DNA of 64,000 nt, taken from NCBI GenBank assembly GCA_018650285.1, contig JABIGF010000023.1, forward strand, positions 12,091 through 76,090, in the 5' to 3' direction. The notes beneath the pieces are model-generated. The model saw only the letters and a program-made list of their open reading frames with translations. It ran no database searches and had not been told where the DNA came from. The translations under genes were made by a program, and so were the position numbers. Shown here one piece after another: positions 10,501 through 18,470 of the stretch; position 1 is the stretch's first letter; each line of letters starts with the position of its first letter. Source of the stretch: Methanobacteriota archaeon (GTDB lineage: Archaea > Thermoplasmatota > Poseidoniia > Poseidoniales > Thalassarchaeaceae).

Positions 10501-12596
10501 TCACCTGCTGTTGCGTTGGAGTTTTCCAACCATGCAATGTGGATGTTATCTTGAGCATCTGCCAAAATCGAAGGCATGTAAGAAGATGGGCCCCATGGCC
10601 TTGATGGTGGAACATTGTTCTTACCTTCAAAGGTTGAAATTGGGTAATCATAAATTTGTTTGATACCGTATGATGGGAGACCACCGGGTACACCATTCCA
10701 TTCACCTGAGCCACGTAGTCTCAAGCGTGTGTACCAAACTTCGTAGTTGTCATCTTTGTCAAATCCGTATCCACGGCCATCCATCCAAGCGATGTGTGTG
10801 TTACCACTTGAATCAACTGCGATAGATGGGTGAAGACTGAATGCGTCATCAATAGTAATTCGTGTATCGTTGACCACTACTAAACTACCAACACCATTTG
10901 AATCAACAGATGGGCCCATAAATTCAACATATCCGTTACCTGCGATTTTATGACCTTCATCACCGTATGACCATGTATTTGGAGGATTATCTACAAATGA
11001 ATGTGGGTCAAGAACTGTCATGTAAATTTCACGTGAATTGTTTGTTGCGAGGTAAATCATTGCTTCGACAAGCAAGTTCATTGAGTTAGAACCACCAGAT
11101 GGGAAAGCGTGTGCTTGACCACCTGCATTGGTGTTTCTAATGGTTGAGCCCGGGCAAATCCTTGGGCCTGTTGAAGTCTGACCATTCGGGCACTTTGCCA
11201 TGTCAATAGATGCTGATGCAACTTCTTGGCTATTTCCAGAATATATTGGGACTGGTGTAACGCCAGCAATTACGCAAGCATCGTGAGCTTCGTTGATACT
11301 TTGATCGTCTTGCTGGTCAAACGGATGGCCACCATATGGTCCTTCATCAGAAATTGGCATGACGATTTTTGTTGCGTTTGGATTCCATTTGTGGTCCCTC
11401 TGAGTTGGTGGGTTGCCTGGGATGTTACCGGCAGCATCTCTCCATGATAGACATGCCCATGTAGAACCTGGGCCCCAGAATTCAGAATAATAACCACCAT
11501 CTGATGGAAGGTTAGTTGCTGCACCGCCATAGACCACTTCGGTCAATTTACGGATTCCGCCTGAATCATCGCCAGGAGTCAATCCAAGGGCAGTTGGACG
11601 GACATTGCCACCAGAGCCACCGGTTTGGTATGCAGTAGAACAAGTACCGCCACTAGCAGCACCTGGTGTGTTTCCACTCAATAGGTAGAGTGTTTCGTAA
11701 ACTGTAATGTTTGCATCAAGAAGCATCGGCTTAATTCCGCGGAAGTTGCCGCCGTTTGACCATGAGCCGCCATAGAAAACAGTACACATGTCACCCCATT
11801 CTTGGTACATTGAACCTGATGTATCAATTGGTGCTGCAAATTCTACCTTGCCTCCACGTGTATCATCCCATACAACTTGGACGAAGTCATCTGCATCAAC
11901 TACTACGTCTGGGTGGCCTTTGTGACCAATGATTGGAGTCAACAATGTGTCATCAATTGCTGTGATTGCTTCGCGTGTTGAAAGATCAATGTCAAGCATT
12001 GAGTAGTAAATTTGTGGCTGCTGATAATACTTACCAAGTTGTTCGTATGCGTCTTCCCAAACAATGTGAACCGAGCCAAATGAGTCAACTGCAATAGCTG
12101 GCCAGTCTCTATCTTGATTCCGTTGACTAACAACGGTATCATCAATTATGGAAATTACAGTATCATCACCAGGAGAGCCATCTTGAGCGTGTAAAGATGG
12201 GTCAATCAGAGTATACATAATGGCGTATTGACCTGCAGTGTTTGTCCATGAAACGTGGACTTTTCCGCTGCTATCAACTTCAATATCTGGGTGCCAAGCG
12301 CGGTGTGCGCCAGTATTGGATATTTGGGTTGCGTCAATAATAGTCTGCGCCCTTGCATCCAACATTGAATAGTAGAGATGTTGTGTGTTTCTACTCCATA
12401 CAATGTGGATGTTTCCATCCGCATCAGAATCTACTGATGCCATTCTATCATTTACTTGGCCTCCATCGACCACTTGTACTGCATCTGTGATAACCACTTG
12501 GGCTGCTTCTACTGTTGGTGAATAACCTGCCAAAAGGCTGCTAAATACCATTAATAGAACCATCATCACGCTCTTATTTGTGTCATTCATTTTCAT
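7527..12596 (-). CDS. Giant secreted surface protein (about 1690 aa) with propeller-like repeats, a vWA-like MIDAS segment, CARDB-like Ig-fold repeats and a C-terminal TM anchor
   Basis: The signal peptide MKMNDTNKSVMMVLLMVFSSLLAG follows a GAGGAG SD-like element. Blades recur as D.(D/S)G.(I/V)H(I/V).W (NIHIVW, KVHVSW, SVHIVW, NTHIAW, NIHIAW). DTSGS is a MIDAS-like motif, with TNTGNV/NNGNV/TNLGNGADRYD motifs further on. The C-terminal TM is AIIILLTLSLLAVAGLVMYGRRK. The ORF track starts at TTG 12629. Confidence 0.8.
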   Translation of the reverse strand: MKMNDTNKSVMMVLLMVFSSLLAGYSPTVEAAQVVITDAVQVVDGGQVNDRMASVDSDADGNIHIVWSRNTQHLYYSMLDARAQTIIDATQISNTGAHRAWHPDIEVDSSGKVHVSWTNTAGQYAIMYTLIDPSLHAQDGSPGDDTVISIIDDTVVSQRNQDRDWPAIAVDSFGSVHIVWEDAYEQLGKYYQQPQIYYSMLDIDLSTREAITAIDDTLLTPIIGHKGHPDVVVDADDFVQVVWDDTRGGKVEFAAPIDTSGSMYQEWGDMCTVFYGGSWSNGGNFRGIKPMLLDANITVYETLYLLSGNTPGAASGGTCSTAYQTGGSGGNVRPTALGLTPGDDSGGIRKLTEVVYGGAATNLPSDGGYYSEFWGPGSTWACLSWRDAAGNIPGNPPTQRDHKWNPNATKIVMPISDEGPYGGHPFDQQDDQSINEAHDACVIAGVTPVPIYSGNSQEVASASIDMAKCPNGQTSTGPRICPGSTIRNTNAGGQAHAFPSGGSNSMNLLVEAMIYLATNNSREIYMTVLDPHSFVDNPPNTWSYGDEGHKIAGNGYVEFMGPSVDSNGVGSLVVVNDTRITIDDAFSLHPSIAVDSSGNTHIAWMDGRGYGFDKDDNYEVWYTRLRLRGSGEWNGVPGGLPSYGIKQIYDYPISTFEGKNNVPPSRPWGPSSYMPSILADAQDNIHIAWLENSNATAGEEIMYTRLNHTNDAYPNGIPLNSLATFVLDEWEPTPVTKWASDKLGPNTGRAPELGQPPAFANDLGSGAHLAWSDTTKCDGTSNNNMYTVCYTHILTGQVDVFLEDGEADWLHIIEPGEETIFNMTINNTTPGPIDLVADTYSLNMSMMCIVPQEIAEAHSISNQCNAGNWTMTLFFASNHTAIFPDTNIYLKGGEAERVYLRVRAPSVYQAHHDENSYITVSAVSHKDPAIRSDRLTLTMMDVVHGIQLDTTHQQSDVEQGQTAIFSITITNTGNVYDSYAFYDPNTIEGQQEWLLPFGWQIRFPLQVSLDPGQSVTKNLEISVPTTQEPGTFALFLKGWSMGEPRKSVAAGSMDVLELFVNVSIRSTGNIVFEIYDTTDYVLPGDCATYDIDVIKHFQPGYLIFTTPGAPAVRPDEIPEHIWKEDHWTLSVDFANAPGGNGQGLNEPRHWGTIDYPYTVTAVICAPNNADAGLGPALTIKAHLEGASRVSDSVILSTNVIHVYDLDSEVSGASVPYEYTVNPSDELEVPIITTNLGNGADRYDIRVARVTDLATGVETLWDVDVPRGILSELQRGDAENISVTVNVPLMVEAGDYEIVLDVFSEESYPDAAGRPTRLRDSMTLKITVNEFHDMQLLLDPFVESDVKTTAPGRTVRFNLNVTNNGNVPDRATLHNHTIDLSSGVWSERPGMGHLDKWQISWAVMDGQFEIPCRELAVGEEAPAGECVRHADGTWILPEMASYTTIPIVALVNISTDAALGNQDLGLKVRSFFGNMVEGGDHDDSESWEGDLMDTNELTVTIRLRAPNLRFDKVEVGITSGDVGDMLPITVHVVNDGNVHATDIHIIVCQDQSKDDVRKNGCDEENVAYRQVIGALMPPDAADRVEPAEIVLLYPVKAGNHEIVVIIDPDNMIVESSERDNIQEIDGGLKSSNGWIDQATETLGEWSVPAIIILLTLSLLAVAGLVMYGRRKEALAKVAEQSSLMSTDDMF

Positions 12597-12655
12597 CGAC
12601 TCCTCAGTATCACTACTGCGCTGAGCCAAATGCCGTTGGCTTCATACTTAACTAC

Positions 12656-12669
12656 GACCCTTTCGGGTC
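12656..12669. promoter_or_regulatory. Palindrome GACCC-TTTC-GGGTC, about 60-70 nt upstream of the giant surface-protein ATG
   Basis: In gene orientation it reads AATCAATTATTGACCCGAAAGGGTCGTAG, directly after an AT-rich TATA-like stretch. The same half-site (TTGACCC) recurs at 43243-43260. Confidence 0.35.
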
Positions 12670-12741
12670 AATAATTGATTATTTGACAACTCAACAATAA
12701 ATCGTTTATTCGCAATAATTATTTGAATAATAAATGATAGA

Positions 12742-13359
12742 TTATTGCCATTCTGATGGGTCAAAACCAGAACCAAAAGAACCACCTTCATCTGTTGAAA
12801 CAACATTATCACGTTGTTGTGGTAACCTCTGTTGACCCTGTTGCTGCTGCCAATCATCAACTGGACCTGGTTTACCAACGCCCGGTCCGAATGAGTATTT
12901 TATTTCATGAATTAATGCCAATTTTGTCAGCCACAAATGACGAAGTGTTTGCATTAACTCGTTTTGACTCAAACCATCAAACCAAATTGGCTTACTGAGA
13001 TTGAATGCTTGAAGTGGCCCGGGGGGCGTTTCTGTAGAATTTCTAACATGTAGTACCCAATCAACACCACTACGCGTCAAATGGAGCCTACTATCATGAA
13101 GCCATCCTTCCCAACCTGAACTATCTTCAGCACTATTTTTTGCCATCGCATCTTGTTGCCCTGCATCAACTTGAGTAACTGTAGAAATAACCACTAGATT
13201 ACGTTGTTTTGGTGAAGCAATATTGAACACGTGACCATGTGGAGTTGGAGGATATCTGACCATTAAATGAAAATCTGCTCGCTGATCTGGCCTCTCTCTA
13301 ACCTCAAGGCCTTCACTGGTTAGCCAATTGCGAATCTGAGCCTCGTAATCGCCACCCAT
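12742..13359 (-). CDS. Hypothetical cytosolic protein with a Gln-rich C-terminal tail
   Basis: 205-aa ORF with good coding look; no motif recognised with certainty. The tail is DDWQQQQGQQRLPQQ. Confidence 0.5.
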   Translation of the reverse strand: MGGDYEAQIRNWLTSEGLEVRERPDQRADFHLMVRYPPTPHGHVFNIASPKQRNLVVISTVTQVDAGQQDAMAKNSAEDSSGWEGWLHDSRLHLTRSGVDWVLHVRNSTETPPGPLQAFNLSKPIWFDGLSQNELMQTLRHLWLTKLALIHEIKYSFGPGVGKPGPVDDWQQQQGQQRLPQQRDNVVSTDEGGSFGSGFDPSEWQ

Positions 13360-13380
13360 AATAACTGTGAGAAAGGCACA

Positions 13381-14949
13381 CTATTTGAGCGCACCGAGCA
13401 TCTTTGATAACTCATCAAATTCTGCTCTAAGAGAAACCCAACCCTTTGAACGAGACGCAAAATAGGTGCGAGAATTACGCTTAATGCCACCAGAAATGCG
13501 GAGAAAGCACCTACACAAGAAAGCGCTTGCATCAGTAATAAGCCAAAGGATAGGGGTGAGAATAGGTACCATGGCATATGCTGAATATTCTGAAAAATAA
13601 CCCATCCTTAACAATATCAACACAGTACCAACATGAATTAGTGGGCGAAATAATACAGTACCAAGCATCATTGGCATCATATGGAATGTTGTTTTCTTAT
13701 CAACAGCCTCACTATTGAACTTTGCAATCGTTACACCAACTAAAGCTTGGAGGCCATTACCAACTATTATGAAAGGTAATGCAACAGCGACCAAGGGCAT
13801 GAGAACTAATGCCAATGCTATGTTTTTCCAGTTTATCTTGGCAGAATCAGGATGAGATGCACGAGCATCTAATCCCATGTCATGAAGAGTATTAGCGGCT
13901 TTACGCGCCCGTTCTGATAATTTTGAAGTGGATGCTAAATCCTCTTCACCACACCCTTCTGGGCCTTGCCACACTTTGTTTGATGTACCGCGCATTTGGT
14001 CTCGGAATGCTCGCCCATGCAATACTTCTTGTTTCCATGTTGTCAAGCGCTTCCCATCTAATTTTGCAGTGATATGCCCGAGCAATAACCAAGCCCTCCA
14101 AGTATCAATATCTGGGGCATCTGGAGTCAAATAACCTAGCCTATCTCGCATCTCATCTCGAACCGCGATGGTTGTTTCTTTGTCTGGTTCAACCCAATCT
14201 CCAGCAAGTAATTTAGCACCATGATTTTTATCGGGAAGTTCGGGAAGTTGGATGGGTTCACCAAATTCAACTAATGCATCTGAAAACCACGCGTGAGGGT
14301 CACGAAAAGTTAGACCAACAGGCAATATAACCGGAACGTCATTGCCAATTTCTCTTGCTAGAGCTGCCGCATTGAGAGCAGAACGAACTGGCCCTGTTCG
14401 TAAACGATGGATATACCACTCACTATGAGAATGGCCTTCTGGTAACAATATTGATGCTTGTCCATGGGCAAGTTTTGATGCAACCGTCAGCATACTTGCA
14501 GAATTAACTCTCGTTGCTGTTTCATCATCAACAAATCCTCTCAATCTCTCTGCTTGACGAAGCAGGGGTTGGACACCCATCCTCCTTCCCCACCAACCAA
14601 TAATGGGGCCTGTAAGGATATCTTGGCGGCCAGCGAAAACAAACGGTTTGTTTATTTTTAGTACTATCAAAAGTGGGTCTATCAAACCTGCAGTGTGCCA
14701 TGCAACTGCAAGCGCTCCAGGGCCATTGTTAGGGTCTTCTCCATGGTAATGATACCAAGTTCTACTCATTACATGATCATGCCCATAACCCATCATCGTA
14801 CGGATTATCGGCCAAAAACCAGTAGTGGTAAGGTGGGCATCGGAAAAATCTGGTTTGTGTAATTTCAAAATGCGCTCAAGATTAATATTTCTTGAACGCT
14901 TTGTAAGAGGAGGTAATTCGTCGCCGCGATGGTCAACTTCCTCTTCCAT
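13381..14949 (-). CDS. PlsC/GPAT-like glycerolipid acyltransferase domain protein with a C-terminal multi-TM region
   Basis: Acyltransferase-like blocks appear in order: WHTAGLIDP (an H-x5-D variant of HX4D), FAGRQDI, LLPEGHSHSE (FPEGTR-like) and VILPVGLTF. Several hydrophobic helices follow in the last 150 aa or so. Confidence 0.5.
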   Translation of the reverse strand: MEEEVDHRGDELPPLTKRSRNINLERILKLHKPDFSDAHLTTTGFWPIIRTMMGYGHDHVMSRTWYHYHGEDPNNGPGALAVAWHTAGLIDPLLIVLKINKPFVFAGRQDILTGPIIGWWGRRMGVQPLLRQAERLRGFVDDETATRVNSASMLTVASKLAHGQASILLPEGHSHSEWYIHRLRTGPVRSALNAAALAREIGNDVPVILPVGLTFRDPHAWFSDALVEFGEPIQLPELPDKNHGAKLLAGDWVEPDKETTIAVRDEMRDRLGYLTPDAPDIDTWRAWLLLGHITAKLDGKRLTTWKQEVLHGRAFRDQMRGTSNKVWQGPEGCGEEDLASTSKLSERARKAANTLHDMGLDARASHPDSAKINWKNIALALVLMPLVAVALPFIIVGNGLQALVGVTIAKFNSEAVDKKTTFHMMPMMLGTVLFRPLIHVGTVLILLRMGYFSEYSAYAMVPILTPILWLITDASAFLCRCFLRISGGIKRNSRTYFASRSKGWVSLRAEFDELSKMLGALK

Positions 14950-14991
14950 GTTCCTTCGGAGATAGTATCAAACCATCAATTCGTCGGATAA

Positions 14992-15426
14992 TTATTCCAA
15001 CGATAATTTGTCTGCAAGATTGGCTAAGGTAGAAAAATCTGGGTCAACTGCACCTGGCGGGGGTGTATCGGGAAACATGGCCAAAGCACTCTTGCCACCA
15101 TCACCTTTGCTTCGTGGGATGATATGTACATGTACATGTGGAATCTCTTGACCTGCTGCTGGCCCATCATGAACAACAATTGTGCAATCAGATGTTCCAA
15201 AGTGGCTACACAACTTTTCTGAAACCATTGCTACACCCTCCATCAAAGAGTGTTGGCTCTCCTTACTCAAATCCCTAATCCTCTGCTTTTGCTCTACAGG
15301 TACTACGAGTGTGTGGCCTTCAGCGCGTGGATTAATGTCAAGAAATGCAACCCACAACTCATTCTTAGAAATGAAGGATGCTGGGATTTCGCCTTCAATT
15401 ATTTTAGTGAATAAACTAGATTCCAT
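14992..15426 (-). CDS. HIT-family (histidine triad) nucleotide hydrolase/transferase
   Basis: Histidine triad HVHVHIIP plus N-terminal LFTKIIEGEIPA. The ATG overlaps the upstream stop (TAATG). The ORF track starts at 15453. Confidence 0.85.
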   Translation of the reverse strand: MESSLFTKIIEGEIPASFISKNELWVAFLDINPRAEGHTLVVPVEQKQRIRDLSKESQHSLMEGVAMVSEKLCSHFGTSDCTIVVHDGPAAGQEIPHVHVHIIPRSKGDGGKSALAMFPDTPPPGAVDPDFSTLANLADKLSLE

Positions 15427-16685
15427 TATGCACAACTCCCGGGGGGTGTCCACTGAAACTCAATACCTCGATGACTTGGCCCGGGCCAACTAATTCTATG
15501 ACTACCTCCAATTAATTCTATGTCTCCATCGCCGTCAATATCACCAGAATCAAATGTCAATAAGTAACGATAAATTTGAGTTGATTCATGGCGAATGAAT
15601 TGTTGATTGCCTTTGTTTTCAAGAATTACTACATCTATTCTATCCTCATCGGGGAATAAATCGGGAATTTGTAATGTACCAACTATGATGTCTAAATCTC
15701 CATCATCATCTAAGTCAACGGCATGACTTGTGAAAGCGCCCCACACGTTAGTCAAATGGTGGCGGGTGAATTCTCCGTCTCCTTTGTTTTCTAACCAATT
15801 CACGCCATGGTAATCGTGTGGCAAAATATGGCCAGGCAAATCACCATCAAGTGTGTCGCCATTTGAATAGATGATATCTTGGTCTCCATCTTGGTCTAAA
15901 TCAATCACCTCAAGTCCTGACATTCCATAATAGGCGCTATCTTCATTGATTAGAGAATGTTTTGTGAAATTTCCTTGGCCATTGTTGCGATAAATGTTAA
16001 TCTCTTCAGATACTTGTGATAATGATACAGCGATATCCAAATCACCATCCCCTTCTATATCGAATGGAAATGCATGAATTGCACCTGGCCTTTCATCAAA
16101 ATTATGTCTTATCCAAGTATTGTTTTCACCCTGTTCTAACCAGAACACGCTCCCTTGGAAATTTCCAAATTCACAAACGACTAGGTCTAGGTCGCCGTCC
16201 ATGTCAAAATCTCCAGATTCTGCGCAAACGGTTCTGCCAATTTCTTCAATGAGTATTATTGGTTCAAAATTTCCATCTTCTAATCCTTTGAGAAGAACTA
16301 CCTTTCCAACAAGTTCATCTGCTGGGGGTAAAATACCAATATCAGCTACTACAATATCCATCAAACCGTCTGCATCAAGGTCCACTACATGTGTTCTAAC
16401 TGGTGCGGTGTATCCTTGATCCAATATTTTTTCATTGCATCCATCTTGATTACAGTCTGCAATAGTGATTATGCCATCTAATGGCTGAGTGGAAATGATT
16501 TCATCGGAACCATCCCCATCTAAATCTGCTAATCTAATATTTGCAACCGTTACGCCATCAGGATCTGATTGAAATTCAATTGCTGCTAATCCTTCTTCAC
16601 AAGGAATTTCTTCTTGTGGCCCGACACAACCAGAAAAAAATGCGGAAACGAGAAGAACGGTGAGTATGATTTGGCCCCGTCTCAT
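15426..16685 (-). CDS. FG-GAP/VCBS-repeat secreted lipoprotein
   Basis: Lipobox-like signal MRRGQIILTVLLVSAFFSGC. Ca-binding repeats recur as DLDGDGSDE, DLDADGLMDIVV, FDMDGDLDLVV, DIEGDGDLDIAV, DLDQDGDQDII, DLDDDGDLDIIV, DIDGDGDIELI. An alternative start at 16742 overlaps the upstream gene by ATGA. Confidence 0.75.
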   Translation of the reverse strand: MRRGQIILTVLLVSAFFSGCVGPQEEIPCEEGLAAIEFQSDPDGVTVANIRLADLDGDGSDEIISTQPLDGIITIADCNQDGCNEKILDQGYTAPVRTHVVDLDADGLMDIVVADIGILPPADELVGKVVLLKGLEDGNFEPIILIEEIGRTVCAESGDFDMDGDLDLVVCEFGNFQGSVFWLEQGENNTWIRHNFDERPGAIHAFPFDIEGDGDLDIAVSLSQVSEEINIYRNNGQGNFTKHSLINEDSAYYGMSGLEVIDLDQDGDQDIIYSNGDTLDGDLPGHILPHDYHGVNWLENKGDGEFTRHHLTNVWGAFTSHAVDLDDDGDLDIIVGTLQIPDLFPDEDRIDVVILENKGNQQFIRHESTQIYRYLLTFDSGDIDGDGDIELIGGSHRISWPGPSHRGIEFQWTPPGSCA

Positions 16686-16738
16686 AATTTCCCCACATGG
16701 GCGGCACAAGTCAACGTTGCGGGTAGGTGAATACTCAA

Positions 16739-18235
16739 TCATTCATCGGTTCGCTGGTGGCTGCCGCACGACTCATCTCGAGATGCTGCGGCTGTGACTG
16801 CACTTGTTGCTGCGGTAACCATTCCCTCTAATCGGAATACTTCAACTAATTCTGTATTCATCAATGAACTCTCGTCAGAAAGGGTGATTGGAGTTGATGC
16901 AAGTTGTGCTAAGCGCTCTACTGCACTAGATAAATTTGTGCTGGTTCGAGTTATTCCCATTGCTTCGGACATAATTGTATTCAATTGATTTGCCATCTGT
17001 CCACGAGTAATTCCTGAATCATCACCTGCTAGCAAATTAGCAAATTTTGATGCGGATTCGGAAAGTGAAATATCCATAGCATCGGTGTTAGAATAGTCGG
17101 CATTAGATGCAAATTCTGCTGCTGCTGCTCCCGCACTACTACCGCCATCCAAAGATTCTAACATTCTATTTCCAACCGCTATGTCAGCACCGTGAAATCC
17201 ACTGCAAGCATTATCTCCTGCAGCAAAAAGCCCTGCTAATTCAGAAACTGCCCCAGTCATATCACAAGGTATGCCACCAAGTGTTGTGGATACTTGTGGA
17301 ACTATTGGGATGACTGATTCATCCATCACTGAACCAAGGCGTGAAGATACTCTCTCAGATGTGTCGGCATACCATACTGGCGCTCCACGTGAAAGAACAC
17401 GGGCATCAAGAACGCAACGCTCGCCTGCTGCTAGGATTGTTTGAGATGCTTGAGTGAGGCCCCCTTCTGATGCGAACTCAATATTTGAGCCGGATGCTGA
17501 ACGAACTGATGCACCATCATTAAGAATTGCAAAAGGAAGTTCAAGGCCGTACATTTCCATACAAAGTGGGTTCCAACTTACAAATTCCATGTTGGATAAT
17601 GAGATGCCGGCGTTTGCTGCTAACCAAAGCCCTGTGCCACCGCTGCCACCATTCCAAGCAGATTCTAAACCGTCTGTTGCAAGTATGACTGCCTTCGTTT
17701 TGATAGCAACCATTTCCCCATGTTGAACATCAAGAGTGATGAGGCCAGAAACCATTCCACCTTCGGTTACCAATTTGAGTGCTTGAGTATCGCCTCGACG
17801 AAGAATTGAACGCTTCATGCATTGCTCTTCTAAAATAGAATGAATTTCTCTTCCGGTAGTGTCGCCCGTTGTTGCAATTCTCGCTGTTGAATGACCTAAT
17901 CCAGTTGTAAGATGTGGATTTCCATTTTCTGCACGACGTAGCACTAATCCCCAGCGCTCCATTTCTACTAGGTGGTCAAATGCTGCTGCGGTTCGATGGC
18001 GAACTGTGGCTTCATCACATTCACCAGCACCAACAACAATGGTATCATTTGCATGACTATCATAGTTGACTTCGTTTAATGATGATGCATAACCTTCTAC
18101 AGATGTTGAACTACCACCTGAACCAATCGCACCTTCTTCGAGAATTATTGTTGATGCTCCACCATCATGGGCAGCAATTGCGGCTCGTAATCCAGCAACA
18201 GTGCCTCCTACAACAACTACGTCCCAGGCTTCCAT
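16739..18235 (-). CDS. FAD-dependent flavoprotein of the succinate dehydrogenase / fumarate reductase / L-aspartate oxidase family (size fits NadB better than SdhA)
   Basis: N-terminal dinucleotide fold DVVVVGGTVAGLRAAIAA, then MEFVSWNP (a variant of MEFVQFHPT), GLFAAGDNA, and C-terminal ESCGSHQRTDE (ESRGxHxRxD-like). 498 aa. Confidence 0.6.
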   Translation of the reverse strand: MEAWDVVVVGGTVAGLRAAIAAHDGGASTIILEEGAIGSGGSSTSVEGYASSLNEVNYDSHANDTIVVGAGECDEATVRHRTAAAFDHLVEMERWGLVLRRAENGNPHLTTGLGHSTARIATTGDTTGREIHSILEEQCMKRSILRRGDTQALKLVTEGGMVSGLITLDVQHGEMVAIKTKAVILATDGLESAWNGGSGGTGLWLAANAGISLSNMEFVSWNPLCMEMYGLELPFAILNDGASVRSASGSNIEFASEGGLTQASQTILAAGERCVLDARVLSRGAPVWYADTSERVSSRLGSVMDESVIPIVPQVSTTLGGIPCDMTGAVSELAGLFAAGDNACSGFHGADIAVGNRMLESLDGGSSAGAAAAEFASNADYSNTDAMDISLSESASKFANLLAGDDSGITRGQMANQLNTIMSEAMGITRTSTNLSSAVERLAQLASTPITLSDESSLMNTELVEVFRLEGMVTAATSAVTAAASRDESCGSHQRTDE

Positions 18236-18357
18236 GTTTGATGCCCACCCGCTATCGCATCATAAAGTCCGCGCCCAGCGTCTCTTTAGAGACGCCAAGA
18301 GAAAGTGAGATTAATTAGTCAACAAAATACAGAAAGTATCCTACATCAAAGAATAAA

Positions 18358-18431
18358 CGGACGCGGCAGGATTTGAACCCGCGATCTGCGGCTTAGGAGG
18401 CCGCCGCCTTATCCAGCTGGGCCACGCGCCC
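18358..18431 (-). tRNA. tRNA-Arg (anticodon CCT)
   Basis: The reverse complement folds as a cloverleaf: acceptor GGGCGCG/CGCGTCC, anticodon stem GCGGC/GCCGC with loop CTCCTAA, T arm GCGGG-TTCAAAT-CCTGC. CCA is not encoded. Confidence 0.85.
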
Positions 18432-18470
18432 AACCTTTCGACCAACCCACCTTAGATGACGCTTGTGGCA

